Assembly: GCA_048941265.1 (NCBI GenBank)
Contig: JBHLNT010000003.1
Span: 20,701 to 84,700 of the forward strand
Direction of reading: 5' to 3'
Source of the DNA: Promethearchaeota archaeon
GTDB lineage: Archaea > Asgardarchaeota > Lokiarchaeia > Sigyniarchaeales > SOKP01
DNA length: 64,000 bases
Positions within the stretch are counted from its first letter, which is position 1, and every line of letters begins with the position of its first letter. The position numbers and the translations under genes were made by a program. The notes below the pieces were generated by a model. The model was given only the letters and a program-made list of their open reading frames with translations, was not told the origin of the DNA and made no database searches. Below, in pieces: positions 51,458 through 61,830 of this stretch.

Positions 51458-52369
51458 CTAAATAAATAAAGTTTCAAATTGGGGATTCTCCTTTTTAAGA
51501 GCAGGTATATGGAATACTCCAAAAGAACCACATAAATCGCAATTAACATCATTTCCATAACAACAGAAAGGTATTTCGAATCCCTCATTACCTAAATATA
51601 AGGGAAGCATGAAGTTTTTTACACAGCAATCTCTAGTATACTGGAGGGCATTTTGAGATAACATAAATTCAAGTGCGAGTTCTCTATTTGGTATAAAGGA
51701 AGGATACTTGTTCTTTAAAGCTATAGCTTTTTTAACTGCAGAATCGCGTTCTTCTAGGGTATTCCATGCGAATTCAGACGTATCATTCTTTTTTGGAACA
51801 TAAAAAGATAAGACTAAATTATGAACTGAAGTTTCTTTCATTAATATTTCTGCGAGTTCTTCAATAAAATCTTCATTTTTTTTGGTTATTGCACACTGAC
51901 ATTGAAGTTTATTAGGGAAATTGTCCGGGAGATTATTTAGAGTATTCAGTACTTTTTGAAATGCACCTTTTCCTCGTATTTCGTCATTAATCTGTTCAGG
52001 ACCGTCGATTGATACTGTCCAATGTATTTTAGGATCTATGTTTGGAATGGGTAATGTACCATTAGTAGCAATGACATTTAAAGGAAACACTTTAACACCA
52101 AGCTCTAATACATCCTGTCGTAAAAGTGGTTCTCCTCCCATCCAGAGCATTCTCAAAATTCCGTATTTTTTTTTATATTTTTTAAGCTCCTTTATCATTG
52201 TATTTGCTGACATCTCATTTTCCTTTGTTGGTGTATTAGGATTGCCCTCTCGAAAAACGAAACAGTGCTTACACTTTAAATTGCATCTGTTTGTGATATT
52301 TACTAAGGCCAAGGGATAGGTTTTATTCATCATAATCACATCTGATTTATATGGAATATTATGATACAC
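51458..52369 (-). CDS. Radical SAM protein, paralog of 42213-43115
   Basis: CNLKCKHC, GGEPLLR, near-identical YLGNEGFEIPFCCYGNDVNCDLCG. Confidence 0.9.
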   Translation of the reverse strand: MYHNIPYKSDVIMMNKTYPLALVNITNRCNLKCKHCFVFREGNPNTPTKENEMSANTMIKELKKYKKKYGILRMLWMGGEPLLRQDVLELGVKVFPLNVIATNGTLPIPNIDPKIHWTVSIDGPEQINDEIRGKGAFQKVLNTLNNLPDNFPNKLQCQCAITKKNEDFIEELAEILMKETSVHNLVLSFYVPKKNDTSEFAWNTLEERDSAVKKAIALKNKYPSFIPNRELALEFMLSQNALQYTRDCCVKNFMLPLYLGNEGFEIPFCCYGNDVNCDLCGSFGVFHIPALKKENPQFETLFI

Positions 52370-52633
52370 TTAATGAAATTGTGAAGAATCAAATTAATAT
52401 TCATCTTTTGTGCAATCAAAATTCGAATCATAAACTAATATTAACCAAATTAGTAAATCTTGCTTATGAGTAGTTTATGTCTAATATGCTTCAAAAGATA
52501 TATTTCTAATAAATTATCTCTTATTTAGGCTGATAGAAAGTATGCAGTTTAGCCTATTTTTTTATGAAATATTAAAAAAACCTTTATTTTTTATAATAAT
52601 CTTTAAAGATTAATAACTATGGGATGATTTAGA

Positions 52634-53137
52634 ATGGATATTTTAACAGAAAATAGTGTAAACGAGTTATCAACACGATTTGAGACGGTTCCATTTAATA
52701 CGTTCTTTAAGCTCTGGTATGCTTTGCAAAAATCACTCCCTCCGGATAAAAAGGGAGAGATTCTCACGAGAATAGGAAGAACAATTGGAAGGGAATTCGA
52801 TGAGGAGGGAATCGAGACAATAAATGATTTTATGACTCGATTAGAGCAATTTTTAGAACAAGAATGGGCAATTACCGATAATGCTAAGGTAGAAGTTGTG
52901 AGGAATAGCGAGGGAGAAGTTATCAAATTAATTGCCAAACAAGATAGTTGTAAAATGTGCTTTGCCAACACATATTATAGATTTCACGACAATGGAAGCC
53001 CTTCTTGCATGTTTCCCCAAGTCGTTATGGGAATTTTATCAAAGGTGAAACATAAGTTCGGATTTAAGAATTTAAGGTATGAGGGCGTTCAGAAAGGTGG
53101 AGTTGGAATATGTGCGATGACTTGGAATGTCAAATAA
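52634..53137 (+). CDS. V4R-like small-ligand-binding domain protein
   Basis: G..IG helix, CKMC, C.FP..+.G.L, terminal C.M.W pattern. Confidence 0.5.
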   Translation: MDILTENSVNELSTRFETVPFNTFFKLWYALQKSLPPDKKGEILTRIGRTIGREFDEEGIETINDFMTRLEQFLEQEWAITDNAKVEVVRNSEGEVIKLIAKQDSCKMCFANTYYRFHDNGSPSCMFPQVVMGILSKVKHKFGFKNLRYEGVQKGGVGICAMTWNVK

Positions 53138-53469
53138 ATCGAAAAAATTTTCTTTTTATTCTTTCTTGATTATTTTTTAGCATATTGCCTTAATGCTAAT
53201 TATGATTTCTCCGTAATTATTAAATAAGTCATATCCATTCCAAAATCGAACAAATACGCGTTATTAACCATTATTGGATTCCCTTCCCATACTTTTTACG
53301 AATGGATATTATCATTCGCACTCTATTCTTGGATTATTCTTTGCAGTATTTATCTCCTAAAAGATATTGAATAAGAAAAAGGCGTTATAACATTGCTTTT
53401 TTAAAAACTACCATTCATTATAAAATAACTGATAACGAATACAATAATTAAAAAAATGAAAAAAACTAT

Positions 53470-54423
53470 TTGTTTATTATGACAATCCATAAAAAGATAA
53501 ATATATTTTCAATATTTATAGCTTTTTTGGTACTTTTTTCCATAACTCCCGTGATTTACTGTGATAGCAATACATACGAAGTAGGCTTTGAAGAGAACAG
53601 CACAATAGTGTGGGAGATCATTGATGTAGATAAAGACCAAATAGATTATCTTTTATCAGTTACAGAATTAGATGAAAATGATTTTGATTATAAAGAAGGG
53701 GATAAAATTAAGTATGAAATAAATACAATAAGCGAGGTCTCTGAGGATGAATATTATTTGATTTCTTATGACTATTATGAAAACGATGAGAATCAAGGAG
53801 CCAAAGCGGAAAGAATTGCGATGGATCCTGGCGATTTGGCGGGAGATTTTGAGGAAGATTTCGAGCTGGATGAATATACGATAACTTTCGTATTGACTGA
53901 CACAGAAGATTATATAGATGAAGTTGGAAACGAAGTTTCAGATACTTATAAACCTTTTGTGTACACTTCAGGATCTTCGATTATTTTAAACGGATCATTT
54001 GGTAGTTTCTTATTCTGGCTAAAGATGGATTACGATGAGCATGGTATTCTAGAAGAAATTTCATTGGTTTATGAAGGACAAGAAATTTTTAACATGGTAC
54101 AAAAGAGTTATACTACATCAAATGTACTTCCTTTATTCTGGCTCATAATTATTGGAATACTTATTATATCAGCAGTTGTTATTGTAGTAGTCGTTTTGGT
54201 CGTAATTTTAACTAAGAAATCAAAAAAGTCTAAACAACCAAAAATAACCGCACCTATAAAACCAGCTGAAGATGTTGAAAAGAAACAATTGACAAAGACT
54301 CAAATGGTTTCTGAAGCCGAGACTAAGAAAGAAGTACCTGAAATAACACAGTATTGTGCGAATTGTGGTGCTAAAAGAGACACCGAGGCCGCATTTTGCG
54401 CATATTGTGGCAGTAAGTTCTAA
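53470..54423 (+). CDS. Secreted acidic domain + single TM + cytoplasmic zinc ribbon
   Basis: Signal-like N-terminus, Asp/Glu-rich ectodomain, long TM, YCANCG...FCAYCG. Confidence 0.75.
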   Translation: MFIMTIHKKINIFSIFIAFLVLFSITPVIYCDSNTYEVGFEENSTIVWEIIDVDKDQIDYLLSVTELDENDFDYKEGDKIKYEINTISEVSEDEYYLISYDYYENDENQGAKAERIAMDPGDLAGDFEEDFELDEYTITFVLTDTEDYIDEVGNEVSDTYKPFVYTSGSSIILNGSFGSFLFWLKMDYDEHGILEEISLVYEGQEIFNMVQKSYTTSNVLPLFWLIIIGILIISAVVIVVVVLVVILTKKSKKSKQPKITAPIKPAEDVEKKQLTKTQMVSEAETKKEVPEITQYCANCGAKRDTEAAFCAYCGSKF

Positions 54424-54487
54424 TTTTATTTAATATATCTTTTTATTTTCTAATTCTTTTTATATTAAGCGCAAAATATAAAATATA

Positions 54488-55198
54488 ATGAATAAGAACA
54501 TATTAATCATAAAAAATATTACCCATGAACGTCCTGGATTAATTTTAGAAATATTAAATGAATATGAATTTGACTATGAGATTATTGATTTATCAAAAAG
54601 AATAGAATTTCCTGAAATTGATAAATATAAATTAATTATCATTATGGGGGGGCCCGATAGCGCTAATGATAATTCGGAAAAAATATTAAAGGAGCTAGAT
54701 TACATAAAAAAAGCTTTAAAAAGAGAAATACCAATTTTTGGGGTATGTCTTGGTCTACAACTAATGATTAAAGCCCTTGGTGGAGATGTGTATAAAAATC
54801 CGGTTAAAGAAATCGGATTTAAACAAAATGATGAATGGAATACAATAAAACTAACAAAGGAAGGATTAATAGATCCTATCTTTGAAGGAATTACAAATGA
54901 ATTTAAAGCATTCCACCTTCATGGAGAAACCGTTAAATTAACTAATGAAATGGCAATTTTAGCTATAGGGAAATTCTGTCAAAATCAAATAATTAAATTT
55001 AGAGAAAAAAACTATGGTTTTCAGTTTCATTTTGAAATAATTATGACTATGCTTAATGAGTGGGTTGATAAGGCATCAGAATTAAAAGGAAAAAATATAA
55101 GTAACATTATAAAAGAGTTTGAATTAATAAAGGATGATTATATATCAAGAGGGAAAAAAATCTTTACAAATTATCTAAAATTAATCCAATTTCTTTAA
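54488..55198 (+). CDS. Type 1 glutamine amidotransferase (GMP-synthase-like)
   Basis: MGGP, GVCLGLQ, HGET, QFHFE. Confidence 0.9.
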   Translation: MNKNILIIKNITHERPGLILEILNEYEFDYEIIDLSKRIEFPEIDKYKLIIIMGGPDSANDNSEKILKELDYIKKALKREIPIFGVCLGLQLMIKALGGDVYKNPVKEIGFKQNDEWNTIKLTKEGLIDPIFEGITNEFKAFHLHGETVKLTNEMAILAIGKFCQNQIIKFREKNYGFQFHFEIIMTMLNEWVDKASELKGKNISNIIKEFELIKDDYISRGKKIFTNYLKLIQFL

Positions 55199-55387
55199 AT
55201 AAATAAGAATTCGACCTTTTCATTATACATGAAATTATTAATAAGAAAAAATCTCACGTATAGAATACTTATATCCTAATCTATATAACCTATTTTCCTA
55301 TAAATAATTAAAAAATTTCAATGATATAAGATGAGTTAACGTTCTATTACTCTGATAAATAATGGAAAAGTTGGACCTTCTAAATGA

Positions 55388-55546
55388 TTAGTATTCAATA
55401 AAGGAATCATCATCGGTATTTGTGAAATTTTTCAACTCGTTTAAATCATGAAACAAACAACTGTAATCGGATATTTTATATACTTCCTCAAACGTATCAG
55501 CGTTTCTTTTTCTCCATTGTTTCAGCTTTTCTGGTAAAATTTTCAT
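55388..55546 (-). CDS. Possible 52-aa hypothetical protein (not in track)
   Basis: MKILPEKLKQWRKRNADTFEEVYKISDYSCLFHDLNELKNFTNTDDDSFIEY; no motif support. Confidence 0.3.
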   Translation of the reverse strand: MKILPEKLKQWRKRNADTFEEVYKISDYSCLFHDLNELKNFTNTDDDSFIEY

Positions 55547-55729
55547 CAATAACTAGATAAAAAATTGAGTAATTAAAGATTTTATTTATGTTTTATTAAC
55601 TTTTCATCAAATTTTCTTATTTACAACAAATGTTTAACCATTTAACACTCCAATGCATTTATTTTGAAAAGATATAAAAACAAATTTGTAGTGATTTTTA
55701 TTATTTTAATAATAAAGAAATAAATTTTT

Positions 55730-56489
55730 TTGAAAAATATTTTTAACTCATTGAAAGTAGCAATTGAATTGATAGAAAATAAAAATCCTTTAGTAATTGC
55801 CCATCGAGGAGCTAATAGATTAGCTCCAGAAAATACTATTAAAGCATTTAAAATCGCTATTGATTTGGGAGCTGATTATATAGAATTTGATGTGAGACAA
55901 TCGGCAGATAAAGAATTAATCATAAGTCATGATAATTGTCTACTCAGAACCGCTCATAAAATAGGATGGATTAGTAGAATGAAGAGAGAAAAAATCAAAT
56001 CATTATATGTGGAAAAGAATGAACGAATCCCAACATTAATTGAGTTAATTACTGAAACTAAAGGAAAGATTAATTATATGTGCGAAATTAAGACTAAGGG
56101 AATTTCGAGAAAAGTAGCAGATATCCTAAAAAATCAAAATGTCCTAAAATCAACAATAATGATATCTTTTAAACATAATGAAATTTTAGAGATTCAAGAT
56201 GAATATCCTGACTTAAAATTAGGTGCTATTGTTCCAACTGGATTCGGATGGTTCACAAATTGGTTTCAAAAAAAAAGTAATCTTATCAATAAGTAAAAAT
56301 CAATTTTTTGCGATTAATCCTTTCTATAAATTAGTAAATAAAAAATTTATTGCCTTCGCACATAAGAAAGGTCTAAAAGTCTATCCATGGACGGTAAATT
56401 CAATACAGGCTTTAAAGAAATTAATTGATATGGGCGTTGATGGAATACTAATCAATGATATCCTCAGATTTAAGAAAGTTTTCAATTAG
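55730..56489 (+). pseudogene. Glycerophosphodiester phosphodiesterase split by frameshift in an A9 run
   Basis: IAHRGA..PENT, EFDV, HD, EIK in 55730-56296; WTVN, GVDGI..D in the other frame (to 56489); switch at A9 56268-56276. Confidence 0.8.
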
Positions 56490-56883
56490 AGAAATAGAAA
56501 TCCATAAACTAGACTATTTATAGTCTAATCTCTGAATTATATAGAAAATTAGTGTAATATATTAAATTTTAATTCAATTTTTGGAATAAGATACCAATTA
56601 AAGCATTTTTTATTATAATTAATTATTATTTACGCTAATATTCTCAAGTCAAACGAATCTTGAATACGATATAGAATAGGCTTTTTTTTTTCTTATTGAT
56701 GCTGAATTTTCAATATTCTTATACTTTATAATAATTTTTATAGTAGTTTAATGGAATTTTAGAAAAACTTATTTCAGTTATTCATTTTAACTGAAAATCA
56801 AATAATTTATATTAATCAGATTTAAAAAATTGACATTTGACTAGGTAATTAGAAATCAAAATGAATTTTTGGGTGTATTAAAA

Positions 56884-57042
56884 ATGAATAGTGAAGATAA
56901 ATCAAAAAATATTGTTATATTACCTTATAAGGACGCTTTTAGGAATAGTCTTTTCGAACCTGAAGATGTTTTAAAATGGTTAGAAAATGAAAATATCAAG
57001 GATGATTTTGATAACTGCTTAGATAATTTGAAAAGCTCTTAG
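56884..57042 (+). CDS. 52-aa microprotein upstream of TBP (not in track)
   Basis: MNSEDKSKNIVILPYKDAFRNSLFEPEDVLKWLENENIKDDFDNCLDNLKSS; ungapped similarity to 58141-58308. Confidence 0.5.
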   Translation: MNSEDKSKNIVILPYKDAFRNSLFEPEDVLKWLENENIKDDFDNCLDNLKSS

Positions 57043-57084
57043 TAGATTCCACTTAACGGAGATTTAATTAGGAATGGATTAATA

Positions 57085-57717
57085 ATGAATGAAAGCCAGA
57101 TAACAAATAAAAATTTTCATATAAATAAAGAGATTAAGTATAAAATCTCAAATGTTGTTGCTTCAGTTTCATTTAGATTAGAAGACAAGATTGATCTTTT
57201 AAAAATTTTAAATAATTTTGAAGATGCAAGATATAATCCTGAAATTTTTCCAGGCCTTATTTTAAAAATTAAAAAACCAAAAGCCACTTTTTTAATATTT
57301 TCATCAGGGAAAATGATATTGACTGGGCTTAGAGATACTTTTTATGCAAAATTAGCAGTAAATAAATTAATGAATAAGCTAAGAAAAGTAAAAATTAATT
57401 TAAGCAATCCTGAAATAACAATAACTAATATTGTTGCGAGTATAGATTTTCAATCATTCATTAATTTAAATAAAGCAGTTGTTAAGTTGGATAATGTTAT
57501 GTATGAACCTGAAGTATTCCCGGCAGTTATTTATCATATGAAAGAACCAAAATCAGTTTTTCTTATTTTTTCAACAGGAAAGGTAATATGTACCAAAATA
57601 AAGAATAAAAATGATTTAGTTAAAGCTGTTTCTGAACTTAAAAATCGATTAGAAACTCAAAATATTATGACTGATAAATTCGAGCCCGAAAGTGAAAAAG
57701 AACTGATTTTTTTTTAA
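57085..57717 (+). CDS. tbp: TATA-box binding protein (divergent)
   Basis: Two repeats NVVAS...YNPEIFPGL...LIFSSGK and NIVAS...YEPEVFPAV...LIFSTGK. Confidence 0.92.
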   Translation: MNESQITNKNFHINKEIKYKISNVVASVSFRLEDKIDLLKILNNFEDARYNPEIFPGLILKIKKPKATFLIFSSGKMILTGLRDTFYAKLAVNKLMNKLRKVKINLSNPEITITNIVASIDFQSFINLNKAVVKLDNVMYEPEVFPAVIYHMKEPKSVFLIFSTGKVICTKIKNKNDLVKAVSELKNRLETQNIMTDKFEPESEKELIFF

Positions 57718-57796
57718 TCTCTCTATTGAAATATAGGCTATTAAAATGGGATATCGAATGCCTTTAGAAGTCTTATTTTTTCTAGATCTGAATTGA

Positions 57797-58015
57797 TCAC
57801 CAAGCAGAATGGTTTAAAATTGCACTTGTCGGACAAACATCTTGACATGCCATGCAATCAGTACATTCAGCAATATTTTCAGCTATTGCTTTGCCATCCA
57901 CAAGCTCATAAACCTCCACTGGACAAACCTCCACACATTCAGCGGCACCAACACATCGATCAAGATCAATTTCAACCCAATGTTCATTTTCTTCCCATCT
58001 CTTAATATCGGTCAT
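57797..58015 (-). CDS. Ferredoxin
   Basis: CVGAAECVEVCP and CTDCMACQDVCP. Confidence 0.9.
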   Translation of the reverse strand: MTDIKRWEENEHWVEIDLDRCVGAAECVEVCPVEVYELVDGKAIAENIAECTDCMACQDVCPTSAILNHSAW

Positions 58016-58140
58016 TTTTAGAGTAATTTCTGGTTAATTTATTATTAATTCCTTTTAAGACATAAAGAGAATATTAAGTTCATAAATCAATTGATTATAA
58101 AAAATAAATTCTTATCCATGTATAAGTAAAGAAGAGTGCA

Positions 58141-58308
58141 TTAATGACTAAAAAGTTTTGAACTTGAACTTAAACATTTATCAATGTTCTTTTTTTTATC
58201 GGGGTCCTCAATTATCTTAAATAATTCATCAAAGTTAACACAAGAATTAATGGTTTCGTTCTGAAATCCTATACGGATTTCTTTAAAATTCCTTTTACTA
58301 TCATTCAT
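58141..58308 (-). CDS. 55-aa microprotein upstream of ferredoxin (not in track)
   Basis: MNDSKRNFKEIRIGFQNETINSCVNFDELFKIIEDPDKKKNIDKCLSSSSKLFSH; similar to 56884-57042. Confidence 0.5.
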   Translation of the reverse strand: MNDSKRNFKEIRIGFQNETINSCVNFDELFKIIEDPDKKKNIDKCLSSSSKLFSH

Positions 58309-58537
58309 AAAATCACTCTCATTGATTCACTCTTATATCTTCAATTATGATTCACTGATTTAAACTTAATTTACATAATTTAAAGAAAATCGACTACTTT
58401 TAGAAGCAAATTATAGGTAATATTGTGAAATAGTTTTTGTTCTAAAAAAAAATTTAGGAGTAAATTTTTCTGCTTTTCACTTATAATTAAAAACTAAATC
58501 CACTTTAAAGAGTTTTAAAATTACTTTTTTATTTTTA

Positions 58538-58876
58538 TTATATTTTTATATTACATTGATGGCAATAATTTCCAGGTGGATTTAATTTTGTTCCACAATA
58601 TGGACAATAATTTAGCGCAGTCCCAGCCTGGGAAGCTGTCTGAAGAATTACTTGTTCTGGAATAACTTTTGGAAAAACTTCTTTAGGTTTCCTATACCGC
58701 AAAAATTTCTTTTGTTTACATATCGGGCATGTATCTCCTTGTGAAATCAAGTAATAAATAAAATATATAATTCCACCTATCAACGTAAATAGAAATAGCA
58801 TAAAAAACATACGCCGATTAAATATCTTAATTGGTAATACTTGTTTTTTACATAAATCGCACCAATTTTTTCTCAT
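58538..58876 (-). CDS. LITAF-like zinc/membrane domain plus C-terminal zinc ribbon
   Basis: CDLC - hydrophobic stretch - CPIC, then CPYCG...CHQC. Confidence 0.65.
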   Translation of the reverse strand: MRKNWCDLCKKQVLPIKIFNRRMFFMLFLFTLIGGIIYFIYYLISQGDTCPICKQKKFLRYRKPKEVFPKVIPEQVILQTASQAGTALNYCPYCGTKLNPPGNYCHQCNIKI

Positions 58877-59123
58877 ATTTCTGTCGTACCACGTATTGAA
58901 ACTTATTATCTATTTTTACATAAAGAAATAGATATTTATATTTTAACTTTTATTGTAAAAAAATCATAAGACAATAAAGCAAGTGAATCTTCTTTAAACA
59001 TTAAATTTTCTTTTATTTTTAAGTAAACTCATTACATTATCTAAATTTACACCAACTAAACAAATTATTAAAAAAAGGAAAAAAAAGGAAATTTAATGAT
59101 TTTATTAATTGTGCGATTATCAA

Positions 59124-59774
59124 CTATGCTATGCCAAATAATAATCCTAACGCAGTTAAAACAGTAGGCCAATGCTGTGAAGCGACAATACCTATTGCTG
59201 CTAAGAATGGCTTTTTTGTTGTTATATCTTTTTTTAACAGCTTCACATCAGCCCAAATAATCCATACAGCCTGGATTCCCCATAAAGTAAATTTAAATGT
59301 AGCAAACCAGCTATGTGCTACGGCCCAAATATCCGGAAAACCTTGGGGATCAAAGGTCATCATAATTATAAAAGTGTTTTCTGTAATATCACATAAAGCT
59401 CCGATTAGACCTAAAATAGCAATTAAAAACCCAGATCTTCTCCAACTTGAATCTGCATCGAATTTTCGAGCCAAGAATAACGAAAGGCCAAAAAACATTG
59501 TTATATAGCAAAAATCATATACATCATCAGACAATTGATACAATCGATAATAATAAATTTGTTCAGCAGTCATACTTTTAAAGTGTGACTTGATTACAGC
59601 TCCACTAAATGAAAGTTGACTCTCGAGAAAACTCACGGGATAATGCGAAATTTCAAGGAGGTAAATTATAATTGGAAAGTTAATCCAAAGAACAATGAAA
59701 CCGAGATATATTAATCGTTTTGTTGTCTGATCTGATGGCCAATTATTAAATTTTTCTAATTTCATTTTGATCAC
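59124..59774 (-). CDS. Polytopic membrane protein
   Basis: ~5 TM segments, D..EN motif. Confidence 0.7.
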   Translation of the reverse strand: MIKMKLEKFNNWPSDQTTKRLIYLGFIVLWINFPIIIYLLEISHYPVSFLESQLSFSGAVIKSHFKSMTAEQIYYYRLYQLSDDVYDFCYITMFFGLSLFLARKFDADSSWRRSGFLIAILGLIGALCDITENTFIIMMTFDPQGFPDIWAVAHSWFATFKFTLWGIQAVWIIWADVKLLKKDITTKKPFLAAIGIVASQHWPTVLTALGLLFGIA

Positions 59775-59947
59775 TTTAGATTGGATTGAGATCTATTATT
59801 GCGAATATTTTATTAAATCTTACTTTTAGGTTTAAATGAATCAGTTGCCCAATATTAATGAAAAATATATAATCTCCGTCATCAAAATGAGGATTTTTTA
59901 TAATCATTTACAGAGGAATAGATAGGTATGTAAAAATAAACCTAACA

Positions 59948-60162
59948 TAGAAGGGCTTTAAAAAAAGCCCTCCTACTGTGCTCAGAGAGTATCGGACGGA
60001 AAGTTTGATAATTCTTTTAGTTGATTGAATATTAAGGAAAAACTAACCTTAAGGACCTTAGGAAAGATTTTTGGCACCCCATTTCCTAAGAAATGACCTA
60101 AATTCGTCGGCAGGGATGCCCAGCGAGTTCACATTCTCTCCTTTCAGCTCAGAGAGGAAGCC
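59948..60162. ncRNA. Candidate structured non-coding RNA or mobile-element relic
   Basis: GC-enriched, no ORF; stems TAGAAGGGCTTT/AAAGCCCTCCTA and CTTAGGAAA/TTTCCTAAG; 10-bp repeat GCTCAGAGAG. Confidence 0.35.
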
Positions 60163-60435
60163 ATTTTTCGATTTTTTTTTAAATTGTAATTCCCAATCTA
60201 AATATGAGGGTGCTTTTTCCATGAATTGTGGGATTATTTTCTAAAAAATAAATCATAACAGAGGATAAGTTTAGTAAATTTCTGAATATTAAAAATTTGA
60301 GATTGATCCCCGCGAATTTGCTGGCAATATAATTAACTTATTTTTGTCGAATTTATGTCAAAAAAGTATTTTTAAAAAAAATTCATTTTAAAACTCATTA
60401 AATAGCATTCTCTCATTTAATTTTCTCAATTTTTC

Positions 60436-60981
60436 CTATAAACTTTCCTTTTCTTTGAATAGCATTAATCTAGTCAACCTTTCGAAAATTTCATCTACAT
60501 TTTCTCCAGTTATTGCGGATGTTTCCATATAATAAAGATTGTATCTATGAGTAAAATCAAAAATTTCTTCTATAGAAATTGCTCGTTGATCCCTTAGATC
60601 GCGTTTATTTCCAACAAGAAACAATGGGATTTCCTCTTCAGTATTCACTCTAATCTCTTCAATCCACCGAGATACATTCTTAAAACTGTTATACGATGTA
60701 AGATCAAATAGTATCAAACCACCTTCCGAATTTCGATAATACATTGGTCTTAGTGAACTAAATCTTTCCTGCCCTCCCACGTCCCATATTTGAATTCTAA
60801 CTAATACAGGACCCTCTTTAGTATTAATCGAAATTGTTTTTACATGAAAATCTGTGCCAATAGTCATCGTATATTCTGTAGTGAAAAGTCCATTAACGAA
60901 CTTTGAAAGTAATGTTGATTTCCCGACTCCTGTATCACCAACGACTACAATTTTATAAAGGGCATCAAATTCTTGTAAAAT
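60436..60981 (-). CDS. Rab-like small GTPase; probable ATT start
   Basis: Upstream extension (I)LQEFDALYKIVVVGDTGVGKSTLL supplies the P-loop missing from the track ORF; TIGTDF, WDVGGQERF, GNKRD, ETSA. Confidence 0.88.
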   Translation of the reverse strand: MLQEFDALYKIVVVGDTGVGKSTLLSKFVNGLFTTEYTMTIGTDFHVKTISINTKEGPVLVRIQIWDVGGQERFSSLRPMYYRNSEGGLILFDLTSYNSFKNVSRWIEEIRVNTEEEIPLFLVGNKRDLRDQRAISIEEIFDFTHRYNLYYMETSAITGENVDEIFERLTRLMLFKEKESL

Positions 60982-61830
60982 TTTTACTCACCCATGAAGA
61001 TATTTTTCATTTTTTTTATTTTCATTTTTCTCTTCTTGTCATTTTTTCCGACAGTTCTAATAGAATTTTTGTTACATTTTGAGATTACTCCCACAATATT
61101 GACAATTGAGTTCATAACCGTCTCTTCTCCCAGCTCAATAACCTTTACTTTATGTTTGTCTTTACCTTTTAAATCAATTTTAATCTGATAAAACATATAA
61201 TTTTTCGCCTTTGCTAGGAGAATAAATAAAAAATAGTTATAAAAATTTTTACATAATTGTTACAAAATTTTATTGATATAAGCATAATTACTATAGAAAA
61301 TCGCCTTTCTCAAACATTTTTCATGTATTTATTATCATTTTCAGATATGTGGATTCAATCATTAAATGGATCTGATCAAAATTCGCCTTTCAATCTATCT
61401 TGCCTGCAATAATTTTCGTTTTTCGAAATTTCTATTTTCTTTTTGTGGTTTATTCATCACTTTGCAAACCATGTGATATTTGCATAACTTTTTTGATCGA
61501 TATTGATATTTTTTGATTATTTTAATACATGGATCCACGATTTTTGTTGGGATTTATTGTATCTATGAATTATTAAGTTTCAAAACCTAAAATAATCAAA
61601 TTTGATTTTTCCAGTTCTTGCAAAAAATCGTTTTTGCATGATCAGTTTTCGATGCAATTTCTCGATTTGATAAAACTGCAATAATTTTTATCGAAAATAT
61701 TTATTCTCAAACCATAAATGTACGAAAATGATCATATTTAAATATGATGAGGACCAAGTTAATATTAGTAAAAAAAAATTGTGAAAAAAAATTCACGATT
61801 AAAAAATAAAAACCTTGGATGTGTAAAAAA

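Noticed and set aside
57797-57799. TGA ends of the ferredoxin (also gcvPB, gcvH, 42213) as Sec read-through
   Set aside because: The proteins are complete at these stops and no Cys column or SECIS supports read-through.
59980-60156. TPP riboswitch, hammerhead, RNase P or SRP identity for the structured island
   Set aside because: Only isolated words match; the diagnostic cores are absent or out of order.
60984-61700. Lys-rich 70-aa ORF and degraded-looking sequence upstream of the Rab gene
   Set aside because: Low complexity and multiple stops; cannot support a gene call.
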